Shown: positions 10,330 through 21,798, counted from the stretch's first letter. The stretch: 64,000 bases of DNA from Methanobacteriota archaeon (GCA_002726275.1 PBSO01000025.1:2147-66146), one strand, 5' to 3'. Notes: a model not told the origin generated them from the sequence alone. Program-made: numbers and translations.

Positions 10330-11495
10330 CCAACCACCTCCGCCAACCGGGACTGCTTAGAGTGAATCTCCCCGTTTGAGCAAATGAGGACGCCTCCCAT
10401 TCCGGGAATGTGGAAGTCAGAACCTTCTGGAGCACCAACCAAGATGTCGTCTTCCATGTCCAACTCCAACTTCCCATCCTTAACCAGGCTAATGACGAAG
10501 TTCGTGAGATTGTTAGAGAAAAGCATGCTGGCGGTTGAGGGGATGGTTCCCGCGAGATTCTCAATTCCGACAATTGTAACCCCATACTCGCTCGTTATCT
10601 CACCTGGAACTGTGAGCTCGCAGTTTCCACCGACATCCGCGTTCATGTCAATAATTACAGAGCCCTCTTTGAAGGATTCAACTGCCGAAGAAGGAACCGT
10701 GATAGGGGCCGGCCTACCAAAAATACGAGCTGTGGTAACAATTACGTCCGCATCACTGGCGACCTCGCAAACAGTATCGTTGACCTTCTGAATGAACTCG
10801 GGAGTCAGTGGCTTTGCATAGCCAGACTCATCCTCGAAGTCGTCCATACCATCTACTTCGATGAACCTGCCGCCTACAGACTCAATCTGCTCAGCGGCCG
10901 ACTTCCTGACATCTGATGCATAGACCACCGCCCCCAGACGCTTCGCGGTTGCTATGGCCTGTAGGCCTGCAACGCCACTACCCATGATCACGAATTTAGC
11001 CGGCTTAACCGTTCCAGCACTGGTGGTCATCATCGGTATACCCTTGGGGACTTGTGCTGCGCCCAGAAGCACCGCCTTGTACCCAGAGAGGTTGTCTTGG
11101 CTGGAATTAACGTCCATTGCTTGAGCCCTTGAGAGTCTCCTCGGAATCATGTCCATACTCATCAGTGTGATACCTGCATCCATCGCTTCGCGGACTCTAT
11201 CAGGGTTCCTGAATGGGTCGGCAACACAAGCTAGTATATTTCCCGCGCTCATCGATGAAGTATCCGGCATCCTAATTGAAATCACGATGTCTGCTGACAT
11301 TGCAGAGTCGCGTGGAACTATTGATGCACCCTTTGACGCGTACTCCTCATCGGAGTGGTTCGCCTTGTGTCCTGCTCCAGCCTCCACCAGAACCTCAAAA
11401 CCGAGCTTGGTTAGTTTTGTTACCGAGTTTGGAACTATGGAAACTCTATTTTCTCCTTCTGGCTCCTTGACCACTCCCAAGCGCATTGTCATCAC
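10326..11495 (-). CDS. pntAA: NAD(P) transhydrogenase alpha subunit part 1 (dI, NAD-binding)
   Basis: [40 protein letters not shown]. Confidence 0.95.
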   Translation of the reverse strand: MMTMRLGVVKEPEGENRVSIVPNSVTKLTKLGFEVLVEAGAGHKANHSDEEYASKGASIVPRDSAMSADIVISIRMPDTSSMSAGNILACVADPFRNPDRVREAMDAGITLMSMDMIPRRLSRAQAMDVNSSQDNLSGYKAVLLGAAQVPKGIPMMTTSAGTVKPAKFVIMGSGVAGLQAIATAKRLGAVVYASDVRKSAAEQIESVGGRFIEVDGMDDFEDESGYAKPLTPEFIQKVNDTVCEVASDADVIVTTARIFGRPAPITVPSSAVESFKEGSVIIDMNADVGGNCELTVPGEITSEYGVTIVGIENLAGTIPSTASMLFSNNLTNFVISLVKDGKLELDMEDDILVGAPEGSDFHIPGMGGVLICSNGEIHSKQSRLAEVVG

Positions 11496-11717
11496 TCCTG
11501 TTGGGCCATAGGCCCAATCAGATATCCATACGAGAAGAAGGCGCTTATTGAAACCGTCGGCGCGAAGGTTTCAGAGAATGATTGGTGGGAAAATATGATT
11601 CCTGGGGAGGAGGGTAATCGCAAAGTGCTAAGTTCCCATCCTATTGCCGGGGAACGAGGGAGACATATGGGAACAGGCGCTGAGGAAATCGCAGTCACAG
11701 GTGAAGGTGACGACGGA

Positions 11718-12698
11718 ATGAAAAAACCAATTCGTGTTGCTGTTACTGGTGCCGCTGGCAACATTGGGTACGCATTATTATGGCGAATTGCGAGTGGTGA
11801 CTGTTTTGGAACAAATCAACCAGTCATACTTCAGCTACTAGAGATTCCCCCTGGTATGCAACGTTTAGACGGGGTAATAATGGAATTGAAGGATTCTGCA
11901 TTCTCGCTATTGCATGGCATAGTAGGTACAGATGACCCAAATATTGCATTCAACGAAGCAGACGCGATTTTTCTGGTTGGTTCACGACCCAGAACAAAGG
12001 ATATGGATAGGTCAGATCTCGTGGCTGCAAATGGTCCGATCTTCGTTGGGCAAGGAAAGGCAATCGATGCGATGGCGTCACCTAATGTGAAGGTCGTTAC
12101 AGTGGGCAATCCTTGCAACACCAATGCTCTAATTGCCTGTGCAAACGCACCGAGTATTCCCTCCCGGCAATTTTCCGCCATGACTCGCCTCGATCAAAAT
12201 CGGGCAGTGGGTCAGATGGCAGAACATGCCGGAGTCCCTGCTTCGAAAATACACGATGTATTCATCTGGGGCAACCACGCCAATACGATGTACCCAGACC
12301 CGCGTTTCGCGACTGTGGATGGAAAAATGGCAACTGAAATATTCGATAGAGAATGGTTACAAGGCTCGTTCCTAGATACTGTAGCAACGCGAGGAAAGGC
12401 GATTATCGTAGCAAGGGGGGCGTCCTCTGCTGCTTCTGCAGCCTCCGCTGCGACAGACCACATGCGAGATTGGTGGCAAGGTTCGAATGGACGCATAGTT
12501 TCAATGGCCCTCCCCTCTGAAGGTTGGTATGGAGTTCCTGAGGGGCTTGTGTTTAGTTTTCCATGTAGATGTGAAAATGGCGATGTGATTGTGGTGGAAG
12601 ACCTTCCTGTCGACTCATTTGCACAATCGAAAATTGATGAAAATGTCGCTGTACTTTTGGAAGAGCGCGAAGCAGTTAGCGAACTTCTGGGTAGTTGA
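11718..12698 (+). CDS. mdh: Malate dehydrogenase (dimeric, MDH1/Thermus-type)
   Basis: [52 protein letters not shown] upstream of ATG 11718. Confidence 0.95.
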   Translation: MKKPIRVAVTGAAGNIGYALLWRIASGDCFGTNQPVILQLLEIPPGMQRLDGVIMELKDSAFSLLHGIVGTDDPNIAFNEADAIFLVGSRPRTKDMDRSDLVAANGPIFVGQGKAIDAMASPNVKVVTVGNPCNTNALIACANAPSIPSRQFSAMTRLDQNRAVGQMAEHAGVPASKIHDVFIWGNHANTMYPDPRFATVDGKMATEIFDREWLQGSFLDTVATRGKAIIVARGASSAASAASAATDHMRDWWQGSNGRIVSMALPSEGWYGVPEGLVFSFPCRCENGDVIVVEDLPVDSFAQSKIDENVAVLLEEREAVSELLGS

Positions 12699-12705
12699 GG
12701 GAAAG

Positions 12706-13452
12706 ATGTCTCGTTCGCTCTACCTTGAGCATGATGGGAAAGTTCTGCTTGTGGATTTGAATGGCGATGGGCCTCGTGAGGCTGTGATGGGAAGAATTGG
12801 TGAAATCTCACTGAGATTGCCGACGGAAGAAGAAGTACGTTCAATGGGAATAGAATGGACCGAACGTAGAGTTAATCGAATCAAATTTGGTGAAGAGTTC
12901 CACGAGGTTGTCTATGCGCTTCCTGAGATTGAATGGCCTGAAAATTGGACGTGGAAAGACATGTTGATTTCGGATGGATGTGTAGAGCCATTGGCCCGTG
13001 AATGTGTTTACAGGAGTATGCATAGGGTCGTCTCAAAGGTGATGATCGTTAACTCCGATAATCATGTCCTGATGGCCAAGGTATCTCGTGGTTTCTTCAC
13101 GGGCTACTGGACGCTTCCTGGTGGATTCGTAGACTATGGCGAGCATCCTCGTGAGGCTGCCGTCAGGGAAGCCATGGAAGAGTTGGGAGTGGATATTGCA
13201 ATAGATGACCCCAAGGGGGAAACTGGTGATGCATTCGGAGAAAACGATGGTGCGATAATCAGGGAAGAAGTATTCAACGATGATGGGATAAACTGGGTTT
13301 CTTTCACATATAGGTGTAAAGGTGAGTTCCGAGATGATGAGCTGATTCCCAAGAATGACGAGATTGAAGAGGCGAGGTGGTTCACTAAGTCGGAAGCACT
13401 CAAGGTGGCTGTTTCAATATTTGATATTGAAGCTATCCAAAAGTCCCTTTAA
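12706..13452 (+). CDS. NUDIX hydrolase with N-terminal extension
   Basis: Nudix box [24 protein letters not shown]. Start MSRS at 12706, 7 nt after the mdh stop. Confidence 0.85.
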   Translation: MSRSLYLEHDGKVLLVDLNGDGPREAVMGRIGEISLRLPTEEEVRSMGIEWTERRVNRIKFGEEFHEVVYALPEIEWPENWTWKDMLISDGCVEPLARECVYRSMHRVVSKVMIVNSDNHVLMAKVSRGFFTGYWTLPGGFVDYGEHPREAAVREAMEELGVDIAIDDPKGETGDAFGENDGAIIREEVFNDDGINWVSFTYRCKGEFRDDELIPKNDEIEEARWFTKSEALKVAVSIFDIEAIQKSL

Positions 13453-13470
13453 TTCATGCAATTATTGTAG

Positions 13471-13548
13471 TGGTGGGCCCGCCTGGATTCGAACCAGGGT
13501 CAAATGCTCCCAAAGCATCTAGCATAGACCAGACTAACCCACGGGCCC
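13471..13548 (-). tRNA. tRNA-Pro(TGG), CCA encoded
   Basis: Minus strand GGGCCCG...GATGC-TTTGGGA-GCATT...GGTTCGAATCC..CGGGCCC-A-CCA forms a full cloverleaf. Confidence 0.95.
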
Positions 13549-13582
13549 CTTGCCCCCGGGGACGGCACATATGGGATGAAGG

Positions 13583-14026
13583 TTACTGGACCCATCTCCA
13601 CGCCTCTACGCCTGCACGGTGCAAAATTCCCTCTCTCTCGGCATCTTCGATTAGCTCCCAAGGATCTACTTCCTTCAGACCTCTATCGATCAATGACTCT
13701 CTTACAGATTTCAGAGACATGATTCCATCTTGGCCAGTGGCCTCCCTCATAGCTGAGATGACGGACTCACGACCCTGTGACTCCCTTTCTCTCGCCCTAT
13801 TTTGTCTGGTTTCTATCTTTGAGAGTCTTTTCGATACTTCATTTGATATCTCGTCCGGCATATTGGATCTCGATACCGCATCAGCCAGTTTCTCCGGAGA
13901 TGGGTATGATGATGCCGTAACAATGTCCTTGGAATTGGAGCACCTTGTGCAGGAAGTGTTGCTACCTAGACTAGACCCGAAGAAATTGCCGCATGGACAC
14001 TTTAGGAGAACCCACTTCTCATCCAC
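13583..14026 (-). CDS. Zn-ribbon (CPC...CTRC) plus winged-helix-like conserved archaeal protein
   Basis: CPCG..CTRC N-terminus, helical C-terminus ending EREGILHR. GTG start at 14026 is assumed. Confidence 0.6.
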   Translation of the reverse strand: MDEKWVLLKCPCGNFFGSSLGSNTSCTRCSNSKDIVTASSYPSPEKLADAVSRSNMPDEISNEVSKRLSKIETRQNRARERESQGRESVISAMREATGQDGIMSLKSVRESLIDRGLKEVDPWELIEDAEREGILHRAGVEAWRWVQ

Positions 14027-14088
14027 GATACGAGCAAAAGTTCGCGGTTCAAGAGGTTGACTGATGTATGTAATGCCGATTCGGGAAC

Positions 14089-14361
14089 ATGCGCAGTACG
14101 CGGGTGACCTTGGGATGGTTGTCCTCAATTGCCCTAGTTTCATTATCCCTCATATCATTCTTGTCAGAAGGTTACGCCACTACCGAGACTTGGGGGTTCC
14201 TCCTACTGACACCACTGACTCTAGCATTGGCACTGGCCCCCGTTAACACGGAAGGGAGTGATGCCGAAGGTTCTCCCGATGGGTACTGGGATGAGGAAGA
14301 TATCTCGGAAGGCACTGGGGTCGAGCTCGATGAGGTGGGCTTTGACTCGCCAATTCTCTGA
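14089..14361 (+). CDS. Small 2-TM membrane protein with acidic tail
   Basis: Two hydrophobic segments and an acidic C-terminus; fills the gap and abuts the next gene. Confidence 0.55.
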   Translation: MRSTRVTLGWLSSIALVSLSLISFLSEGYATTETWGFLLLTPLTLALALAPVNTEGSDAEGSPDGYWDEEDISEGTGVELDEVGFDSPIL

Positions 14362-16281
14362 CTACAGCAGGCGTAGAGTCTCTAAATTATCAGGAGCATA
14401 GGTTTGCACCTTGAACTTCTCACGTAACCCCTTCCTGAATGCATTGCATGTCTGGGGGTCTCCATGGTGGCAGAGGATCTTCCTTGGAGTCGGATTCAAT
14501 GATGAAACATAATCCATCAGTTGGTTCCTGTCTGAGTGGCCACTGAAGCCATCGATAATGATCATGTTACACCTCACATCAACCATCAGGGTCTGCCCCC
14601 TGTCGACAAGGGGGACTTGCGAGTGGCCGTCCTGCAGCCTCCTACCGAGAGTGCCCGAGGCCTGATAGCCGACAAAGCACAGTGTGTTGCCCGGCTCAGG
14701 TGCCCAGTGCTTGAAGTACTCAATTATCGGACCACCGGTCATCATTCCACTAGTGGCAAGGACGATGCAGGGATTGGGATCCAGTAGTATGGACTCCCTC
14801 TGCTCCCTCGACTCGACCTGCTTGAACCACGTGGAGTTGAAGGGGTTCTCTGTCCCACCCCTGAGCATCTTGCTCCTAAGGTCCCTATTGAGGTAATTGG
14901 GGTGACTAGTGTGGATGGCTGTAGCCTCAGAAATCATCCCGTCTAGCCAAACAGTAACGGGGGAGACTTTGCCAGACTTGAATAACTCGTCTATGGCCAT
15001 CATCACCTCCTGAGAGCGCCCGACTGCGAAGACCGGACAGAATATCTTTCCCTTCCTACCCAGCGTGTCGATGATGAGGTCCTGCAAGTCCTGCGTCGCC
15101 TGCTGCCTAGTTGGTTGGATGCTCTGGGGGCCCCCGTATGTTGACTCTATCACCAATGTGTCAACCTTGTTGAATCGAACCGTGGCGGCATCGAAGAGCC
15201 ATGACTTCTCGTACTTAATATCACCAGAGAAAAGGAGCCTGTGCTCCTCCCTTCCTTCTCCAATCTGCATGTAGACGCTTGATGAACCGAGGATGTGTCC
15301 CGCATTCTCCATTGTCATCTTTACATCAGGTGCTATGTCCGTCTTGTCACCCCAGTTTATATCCACAACGTGCTTGATGCACTCTTGGATATCTGCCTTT
15401 GAGTAAGGAGGGTCGTTGCCCTCGGCCTTTGCGACCTTGATGTAGTCCACCTGCAGCAGGGTCATCAGATCCCTGGTTGGGGGTGTGCAGTATACTGGTC
15501 CCTTGTATCCGTACTTGAAGAGGACCGGGAGCATCCCTATGTGGTCTACATGGGCATGCGTGATGACCACGGCGTCGATGTTGTCGAGTGGTAGCATCTC
15601 AGGGGCAGCGAAGAATGGTTGAACCTCGCTCCTGTTGTTTGTTGGCTTGGCCCCACAGTCCACTAGAACCTTTGACTCGTTTGTGGTAACGAGGTGCATA
15701 GCCCTACCTACCTCTCGGTAGGACCCCAGAGCGGTGACCCTTACCCACTTCTCTCCTGGCCTCTGCGGCCTGTAAATCCTAGTACCGAACTTCCTCAGTA
15801 GGGATTTTCTGTCATCGGCTAGTTCCTTCCTGAACCTCCTGATGTCAGTCTGCGTCCTACTTTCCCTAGCAGGGGCACGGACAACGTTAACCAACCAGCC
15901 AATCTCATCACGTAGGGCCTGTACCACTGAACCCCTGGGGCCTACGGCAGATTGTGGGTCATCCACTTCCAGAGTTATCTCGGAAAGTGCTGGATCCAGC
16001 CATATCCTCCTGACCTCTGCCTCTGGTGGAATTATTCTGTTAACGGCATCATTGACCTGCTGCTCGTCTGAGAGCATGTCGGGATGAGGCCTGATTACGA
16101 CCCTTCTTCTGATTCCCTTGGCAATCTTGACTGTGAGGTTCTCCCCTCCGGCGCCGCCGAATGACTCAGGCTGTTTCGTGATGATGGCTATGGAGCCTGC
16201 TTCGAGATCTACTTCGTAGTCGATGCCACTGGGTACAATCTTCCCAATCTTGTTCTTAATCTCTGAGAAGGTCAGCCTCAT
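14362..16281 (-). CDS. fttA: aCPSF1/FttA beta-CASP ribonuclease (KH domains), transcription termination factor
   Basis: 639 aa; N-terminal KH domains, REVGR, THAHVDH, AGHILGS, GFSGHSD. Sits in the conserved position after psmB. Confidence 0.93.
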   Translation of the reverse strand: MRLTFSEIKNKIGKIVPSGIDYEVDLEAGSIAIITKQPESFGGAGGENLTVKIAKGIRRRVVIRPHPDMLSDEQQVNDAVNRIIPPEAEVRRIWLDPALSEITLEVDDPQSAVGPRGSVVQALRDEIGWLVNVVRAPARESRTQTDIRRFRKELADDRKSLLRKFGTRIYRPQRPGEKWVRVTALGSYREVGRAMHLVTTNESKVLVDCGAKPTNNRSEVQPFFAAPEMLPLDNIDAVVITHAHVDHIGMLPVLFKYGYKGPVYCTPPTRDLMTLLQVDYIKVAKAEGNDPPYSKADIQECIKHVVDINWGDKTDIAPDVKMTMENAGHILGSSSVYMQIGEGREEHRLLFSGDIKYEKSWLFDAATVRFNKVDTLVIESTYGGPQSIQPTRQQATQDLQDLIIDTLGRKGKIFCPVFAVGRSQEVMMAIDELFKSGKVSPVTVWLDGMISEATAIHTSHPNYLNRDLRSKMLRGGTENPFNSTWFKQVESREQRESILLDPNPCIVLATSGMMTGGPIIEYFKHWAPEPGNTLCFVGYQASGTLGRRLQDGHSQVPLVDRGQTLMVDVRCNMIIIDGFSGHSDRNQLMDYVSSLNPTPRKILCHHGDPQTCNAFRKGLREKFKVQTYAPDNLETLRLL

Positions 16282-16359
16282 AATTTCAATTCCTTGGGGT
16301 GTTGCTCACGCAGAGAATGTCGCTGCCAGATAGGCAGTTGGCACTTTGCGAGAGTGTAA

Positions 16360-16986
16360 TCATAGTGATTGGAGGAGGTTTGCTACCTCTTCCTCCGATA
16401 AGAGACGGAAGCCCGCCTCGGGAGTGATGACTGCAAGATCCATTCCATTGCCACTAGCCGCGTCCCTCTGGGCAGATGCCAAGAGTGCCTTTGCGGCGAG
16501 CTTCAGGGAGTCCGTCTCAGACATCCCCTCTCTGAATTGGTCCTCCAGTACCCCATACATGTACGGGCTTCCAGAACCTGTGGCGCAGTATACGTCGGGA
16601 ATTGACCCTCCTGCAGAGTCGATACTGTAAACACTTGAACCGGAGTCATCAACACCGACTATTAGCAACTGCACGTAGTGGGGCCTGCCTGACAGGATGT
16701 TCGCAGTTAGTGTTGCAGCGCCCTTCACGGTCATCGGCTTGCCATGCTTTAGTTCGTAGAGCCTTAGTTCTGCAGAGAGTGTTCTGGAAAGTGACTGGGC
16801 GTGTCCCACTAAACCGGCAGTGGTCAGTGCTACGTAGTCGGAAATGCCGAAAAGCTTCTGGACGCTCTTGTTTGCAATGAAGTGGCCCATTGTGGCTCTG
16901 TGGTCTGCTCCAACTACCACTCCACCATCAAATGTGATGCCGAGAGTACTGGTGCCGGTCTTTACTGCATCTGTGGTCGCGTCCAT
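16360..16986 (-). CDS. psmB: Proteasome beta subunit
   Basis: Propeptide KTG|TSTLG, GADHRAT, ATGSGSPY, RDAASG. Confidence 0.95.
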   Translation of the reverse strand: MDATTDAVKTGTSTLGITFDGGVVVGADHRATMGHFIANKSVQKLFGISDYVALTTAGLVGHAQSLSRTLSAELRLYELKHGKPMTVKGAATLTANILSGRPHYVQLLIVGVDDSGSSVYSIDSAGGSIPDVYCATGSGSPYMYGVLEDQFREGMSETDSLKLAAKALLASAQRDAASGNGMDLAVITPEAGFRLLSEEEVANLLQSL

Positions 16987-17147
16987 ATGTTCACCCGCCG
17001 GGGGAGCTCCCCAACAATGCCCTCTCATGACGACCCCTTATGAATCCGACGGGGTGAAGGGTTGGTTGAAACGCATAGTCCCAGTATGTAGCGTTAAACA
17101 CGGAAAAGGACCGCATAACTCAAGGATTAGTTGACCTGACGCGGGTC

Positions 17148-17537
17148 ATGGCGAGGCACAAGAGGACTGAGCCCAAGTGGATTGAGGTCCCCGAATTCGA
17201 TAGTCCTGGAGGTGTTATCGAGCCCGGTCAGGATTACCATGACCTCGGGAAGAGCTTTCCCGACGCTCCCGTCCCAAGGGCCCCAGGAGATGCCATAGTT
17301 CATAGGGCAGATTTGGATGATTTGACAGGGATCTCTTCACTAATGAACTGGGTTTCGGAAGGTGATATCGTAATTGTAAAGATGAGTGGTATCCTTTCTA
17401 GGGAGCTTGAGCTGGTGGTAGCGGTTGATAAGATCCAGCGCTTCGTTGAGGGAGACATGTCTGGAGAGGTAGTCAGACTTGGTGAAAGAAGGCTACTTCT
17501 CCTACCTCCTACGTTCGCAAGTGGAATTGCCAACTGA
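17148..17537 (+). CDS. sepF: Cell division protein SepF
   Basis: DYHDL N-terminal motif; core V.EGDIVIV...GEVVRLGERRLLLLP matches archaeal SepF. Confidence 0.7.
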   Translation: MARHKRTEPKWIEVPEFDSPGGVIEPGQDYHDLGKSFPDAPVPRAPGDAIVHRADLDDLTGISSLMNWVSEGDIVIVKMSGILSRELELVVAVDKIQRFVEGDMSGEVVRLGERRLLLLPPTFASGIAN

Positions 17538-17546
17538 GGTGGGCCG

Positions 17547-18146
17547 ATGGAAAGTAGGCTTGAACAAGACTGCCCCATATGCTTCTCGGAAGCGACTCTG
17601 AAGATGATTGCCCATAGCTCCGAGATACCATACTTCGGGGAGCACACCCAGATTACCATGATTTGCGAGGGGTGCGGTTGGAAAGTCACCGACTTCATTC
17701 CAGCCGACGGAAAGAAGCCGGGGGCATGGAGCCTCACCGTCGACTCCGAAGAGCACATGAGCACACGCGTCGTACGCTCATCTTCATGCACGGTAAGGAT
17801 CACTGAGTTGGGACTAGAGGTTTCCCCAGGGGGTAGTTCAACGGGGTATGTGTCTAACATCGAAGGCGTCCTAAAGAGATTCGAAGATGCCGTAGGAACT
17901 ATCAAGAGGCAATCTGAGAGGGATCAGGAGGATCCAGGAATTATCACCCGGTGTAATGAAATGTTGAGTCTCATAAACTCTGTACGAACTGGTTCCTACC
18001 CAGTTACACTTGAGTTACTTGACCCAGTAGGACATAGCCAGATTCTACACGAAGATGCTGTATCCAGGGATATTGCTAGTGAAGAGGCTGAATCACTTGA
18101 CCCTGGTCCTGTATACCCTGTGTTCGACGCTGCTGATCTCGTCTGA
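17547..18146 (+). CDS. ZPR1 zinc-finger protein
   Basis: CPIC..IPYFGE..CEGCGW, RVVRS, SNIEGVL, DPVGHS. Confidence 0.92.
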   Translation: MESRLEQDCPICFSEATLKMIAHSSEIPYFGEHTQITMICEGCGWKVTDFIPADGKKPGAWSLTVDSEEHMSTRVVRSSSCTVRITELGLEVSPGGSSTGYVSNIEGVLKRFEDAVGTIKRQSERDQEDPGIITRCNEMLSLINSVRTGSYPVTLELLDPVGHSQILHEDAVSRDIASEEAESLDPGPVYPVFDAADLV

Positions 18147-19529
18147 TTACATTGCGTCTGGAGCTAGGAACTCACCTAGCCTATCTGACCAAGCGTCCCT
18201 CTTTTCGGAAATATCAGACAGCCATTCCCCTGCACGGTCTATGCACAGTTGCTTCATCTCCCCTGCAAGCATCCTACCACTCTCGTACTCCCTCCTTATT
18301 TCCAATAGTGCAGAGTCATCCAGCTCAAAGAAGAACTGAAGGTACTGATATGGTATATCTTTAGAGCAATCTCCTCCAAGTCTCCTATGCTCCTCAACTG
18401 TCGACTGGCCTCCACTTATCGCCCTCTTCACCTTCCTAGCCATTTCATCTGCTGAGTCATTCATGAAAATTGTAGTCTCTGGCTTGGATGATGACATCTT
18501 CCCGCCCGTCATGCCAGAAGCGAATCTATGATATGTGGAACAAGGGGGCATTAACCCCATTCCACCGAGCTCCCTCTCCAAGGCCAATAATGCCATTCTC
18601 ATAGGTGCCCTGTCTTCAATCGTAGCTGCAGGGATTTCCAGTGTCCCATGCTTGGGATTGGCATTCATGTCAGCGAAACCCAGTGACGCCACCACACCTG
18701 AGATACGGCTGAAAATACGATCCCGGGTTTCACGGTCTATCCTGCCATCATCACCTACTCCTAGTAATCGGGCATTATCATCCTGAACTGAAAGGGCGAC
18801 GGTGAGCCCCCCTGATTTCCGTGGTTTGATGTTGAACCAGTGAGTTTTGCCGACGATATCCCTTGTTAGTCTAAGGTGCGGGTCTTGATCTATACCGACA
18901 GGGACCACTATCGGCCTCAATCCCCCATATTCATCAAGCTGGGGATGGATAATGTCTCCCACTTGAACGAGGGGGGCTTGCACATGGGCCAGATTAGTCT
19001 CTCCTGAGAATCCATAGATTGATTCAAACTCAGATAGATTAGTTCTGCGCCCTAGCATGAATCCTAGTCTCTGCACATCGGGCCTAGAGCTCTGGAAGTA
19101 TACGCTTGTAGAGTCTGGGTCGAGTCCGAGAGCAGCGTAGTTGTGTATGTACTCATTGATCGCCTTCTCCCTGCCCGAACCTAGTGAAGTACCCCTAGTT
19201 GCCATGGCTTCAAGGTCTGCCACGGCCACGGTGATATCGGCACCTTGCTCCTGAAACCATCTTACTTGCTCGATTACCATGCTATGCCCGAGGTGCATCC
19301 TACCGCTTGGCATGAGTCCGGTTAGCACCCCCAAGGGAGATTTATCCCTGATAGATCGGAGAGCGACATCGAGATCCCTATGCGCGAAAACGATGCCTCG
19401 ACGGTGCAGCATACCGGGATTGGGGATGGTCGATCGGTCTACCATGTCAAGTCCGAACTTTTCCACTATCCTGGAGTAGTCAGTCTCATCATCCGAAGAC
19501 CATGGGTCGATTAGGCCATCTCCTGCCAT
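18147..19529 (-). CDS. trpS: Tryptophanyl-tRNA synthetase
   Basis: GLMPSGRMHLGH, PVGIDQDPHLRLTRD, KMSSS. Confidence 0.95.
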   Translation of the reverse strand: MAGDGLIDPWSSDDETDYSRIVEKFGLDMVDRSTIPNPGMLHRRGIVFAHRDLDVALRSIRDKSPLGVLTGLMPSGRMHLGHSMVIEQVRWFQEQGADITVAVADLEAMATRGTSLGSGREKAINEYIHNYAALGLDPDSTSVYFQSSRPDVQRLGFMLGRRTNLSEFESIYGFSGETNLAHVQAPLVQVGDIIHPQLDEYGGLRPIVVPVGIDQDPHLRLTRDIVGKTHWFNIKPRKSGGLTVALSVQDDNARLLGVGDDGRIDRETRDRIFSRISGVVASLGFADMNANPKHGTLEIPAATIEDRAPMRMALLALERELGGMGLMPPCSTYHRFASGMTGGKMSSSKPETTIFMNDSADEMARKVKRAISGGQSTVEEHRRLGGDCSKDIPYQYLQFFFELDDSALLEIRREYESGRMLAGEMKQLCIDRAGEWLSDISEKRDAWSDRLGEFLAPDAM

Positions 19530-19627
19530 GGTACGTGGCCGGTGGTCCACTCAATCAAGTCATCGCTGAAAATTGAACTGAAATTGCCGACCGAAGGGGC
19601 AATAGAGGTGAGCAAGCAGGATTGGCC

Positions 19628-20701
19628 ATGGCTGTTGTACACTGCTTCGGAGCTGGACTAGTGGGCTCGTTCGTCGCAAGGACCCTGGCTGACAGGGGCC
19701 ACGATGTGCACGTACACGATATTGACCCGAACAACGGAAAAATTGTGGGACACTCGAATATTGCCCTCCACTCGGGAGATGCATTGGAAACTGACCTTGC
19801 TGATTTCGGACACGTCGACATCGTAGTGAATATGCTCCCGGGCGACATTGGTCACGCACTAACCACAAACCTGGCTGAAGAAGGCGGTTTCCCGACCGTG
19901 GACCTTAGCTTCAGTGAGCATACCCCAGACCGTGATGACGAGAAGGCTAGGGACTGGGGGGGCAGGATACTCTGGGATGTAGGAATTGCGCCGGGCCTGT
20001 CCAACATGCTTTTGGCCGAGGCATACAGGGTTCTGGGGCCATTGAAAAGAGCGGAGGTTAGGGTTGGAGGAAATCCCACTGGGCCAACAGGGGGATGGAA
20101 CTACATGGCGCCATTTTCCCCTAGGGACGTAATTGCAGAATACACCCGGCCAGCGAGAGTTGTGAGAGACGGCGAAGAAGTAACCCTTCCCGCACTTTCT
20201 GAGAGACACAAAATAGATGTCCCAGAAAGGGGGGAGATGGAGGCCTTCCTCACAGATGGGTTACGTTCGGTTTTGAATTCCATTCCCGTGCTAGACATGT
20301 CGGAGTACACCGTAAGGTGGCCCGGCCATATTCAGAAATTCATTGATGAGAGGGATGCAGGCACACTCGACGAGGACGAGTTGCTTCACGAGTGGTGGTT
20401 CAATCCGAAAACCCCCGAGTTCACATGGCTGGAGGTAGTGGCAACCGATCATTATGGGAATGTCATGAGGTGGGAAGTTAGTGACTATGGTGGGGATGAC
20501 GGTTCATCGATGGCACGTACCACTGGGCTAGTTACCGTAGGATGCATAGAGGCGTGGCTCAGTGACCCGGAGATGCTTCCCCCGGGGGTTCATGCGCCAG
20601 AGAGCCTTTCCACGCCAGTAGTTAGGGGGATTGTCGAGCTAATGAGGGCTAACGGGATCGATATTAGCGGCCCAGAAATCGGAATTCCGATAGGTAATTA
20701 G
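19628..20701 (+). CDS. Saccharopine dehydrogenase / lysine 6-dehydrogenase family protein
   Basis: GAGLVG Rossmann fold, DVGIAPGLSN, EAFLTDGL, RWPGH, MARTTG. Confidence 0.85.
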   Translation: MAVVHCFGAGLVGSFVARTLADRGHDVHVHDIDPNNGKIVGHSNIALHSGDALETDLADFGHVDIVVNMLPGDIGHALTTNLAEEGGFPTVDLSFSEHTPDRDDEKARDWGGRILWDVGIAPGLSNMLLAEAYRVLGPLKRAEVRVGGNPTGPTGGWNYMAPFSPRDVIAEYTRPARVVRDGEEVTLPALSERHKIDVPERGEMEAFLTDGLRSVLNSIPVLDMSEYTVRWPGHIQKFIDERDAGTLDEDELLHEWWFNPKTPEFTWLEVVATDHYGNVMRWEVSDYGGDDGSSMARTTGLVTVGCIEAWLSDPEMLPPGVHAPESLSTPVVRGIVELMRANGIDISGPEIGIPIGN

Positions 20702-21798
20702 TTCGAATCATTGTCCATTTCAACTATCTTCCTAATTGCTATCGGTACTGCGGCTAGTACTCCCAAGGCGATAACTGGAAGGGCCCAATTAATTGGGTCC
20801 ACGGAAGGTCTCTCTATCAGCCACGTGAACGTCAGCTCCGACTCCTGGAAATCTGAAGACCACTGAAACAAGTTTGTTGTGTGGTGACCCACGACAGTCA
20901 CGGCATGGTGTAAATTGTTGAAAGTGACCATTGGGGTTGACGTGACAGAGTTTGTCTCATCCTCCAACAGTATGCTGACGGAAGATCCGGGCATTATGGA
21001 GATAATTGCCCCAGATTCGGCCTCCCTCCATCCCTCCATCAGCTTGCGATCGCTCGAACTTATCTTGGGAAAATCTGTCCCCGAATCGAATTTTACCTCT
21101 GAAACTGAGCCGTCAAATTGAATGTTAACTGAACCGGGAACTTCCCATTGTGAATCACTAGAATCTAGTGATACGACTATTCGCCCATCCTCGTTTTTCA
21201 CTTCTATCGCGGAGCTGGATTGCTGGTGGAAATGCCACTCGCCCCATGTGGTAAGCCATACTTCCTGATCCTCCAACCATGACATAGCGTCCTTATCTTC
21301 CCTTACTTTCAGATCGTCTATTCGAGCCCTCCACCAGATGCTCACCAGTGTGTCTTTCTCCGCTGATTCCAATAGGCCTAGGTTAGCTGAGTTCTTCTCA
21401 AGACTACCCCCATTCCTAGAGAAAACTGTCAAGTCATCGGGAGCCTTGGAAATCATGTCGCCGACTATGAGAAATCCTGAATCGAGAAGTGATTGGGAAG
21501 TCGCATCATCAACATTGTCTCCAGGAATTCCAAATGATACTGGATTTTCACCCCACCTCGATGAATCTGAAAGACCAGCCAAGTAATCCCTGCACCCCTC
21601 AATTACCCAGTTCTCCTCAATTGTCGAAATGCCCTCGAAACCATGGCATCCGAACTCATCGCCGTTCTCCAGCCTCTCTGGTCCAATCAAATTCTTCAAC
21701 CATCCATCATCGGACCATTCGCCTACCACACTCGGCGCAGTAACGGGGACGATAAGTATGGATGCCAATACAATGGCCACTGCAATGCGTCCCCGCAT
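20698..21798 (-). CDS. Secreted membrane-anchored hypothetical protein
   Basis: Signal peptide from MRGR (21798) and C-terminal TM. VWLTTWGE weakly resembles the end of a polysaccharide-deacetylase fold. Confidence 0.6.
   Translation of the reverse strand: MRGRIAVAIVLASILIVPVTAPSVVGEWSDDGWLKNLIGPERLENGDEFGCHGFEGISTIEENWVIEGCRDYLAGLSDSSRWGENPVSFGIPGDNVDDATSQSLLDSGFLIVGDMISKAPDDLTVFSRNGGSLEKNSANLGLLESAEKDTLVSIWWRARIDDLKVREDKDAMSWLEDQEVWLTTWGEWHFHQQSSSAIEVKNEDGRIVVSLDSSDSQWEVPGSVNIQFDGSVSEVKFDSGTDFPKISSSDRKLMEGWREAESGAIISIMPGSSVSILLEDETNSVTSTPMVTFNNLHHAVTVVGHHTTNLFQWSSDFQESELTFTWLIERPSVDPINWALPVIALGVLAAVPIAIRKIVEMDNDSN

Noticed and set aside
13470-14060. 196-aa plus-strand ORF
   Set aside because: It starts antisense to tRNA-Pro and overlaps a better minus-strand Zn-ribbon gene.
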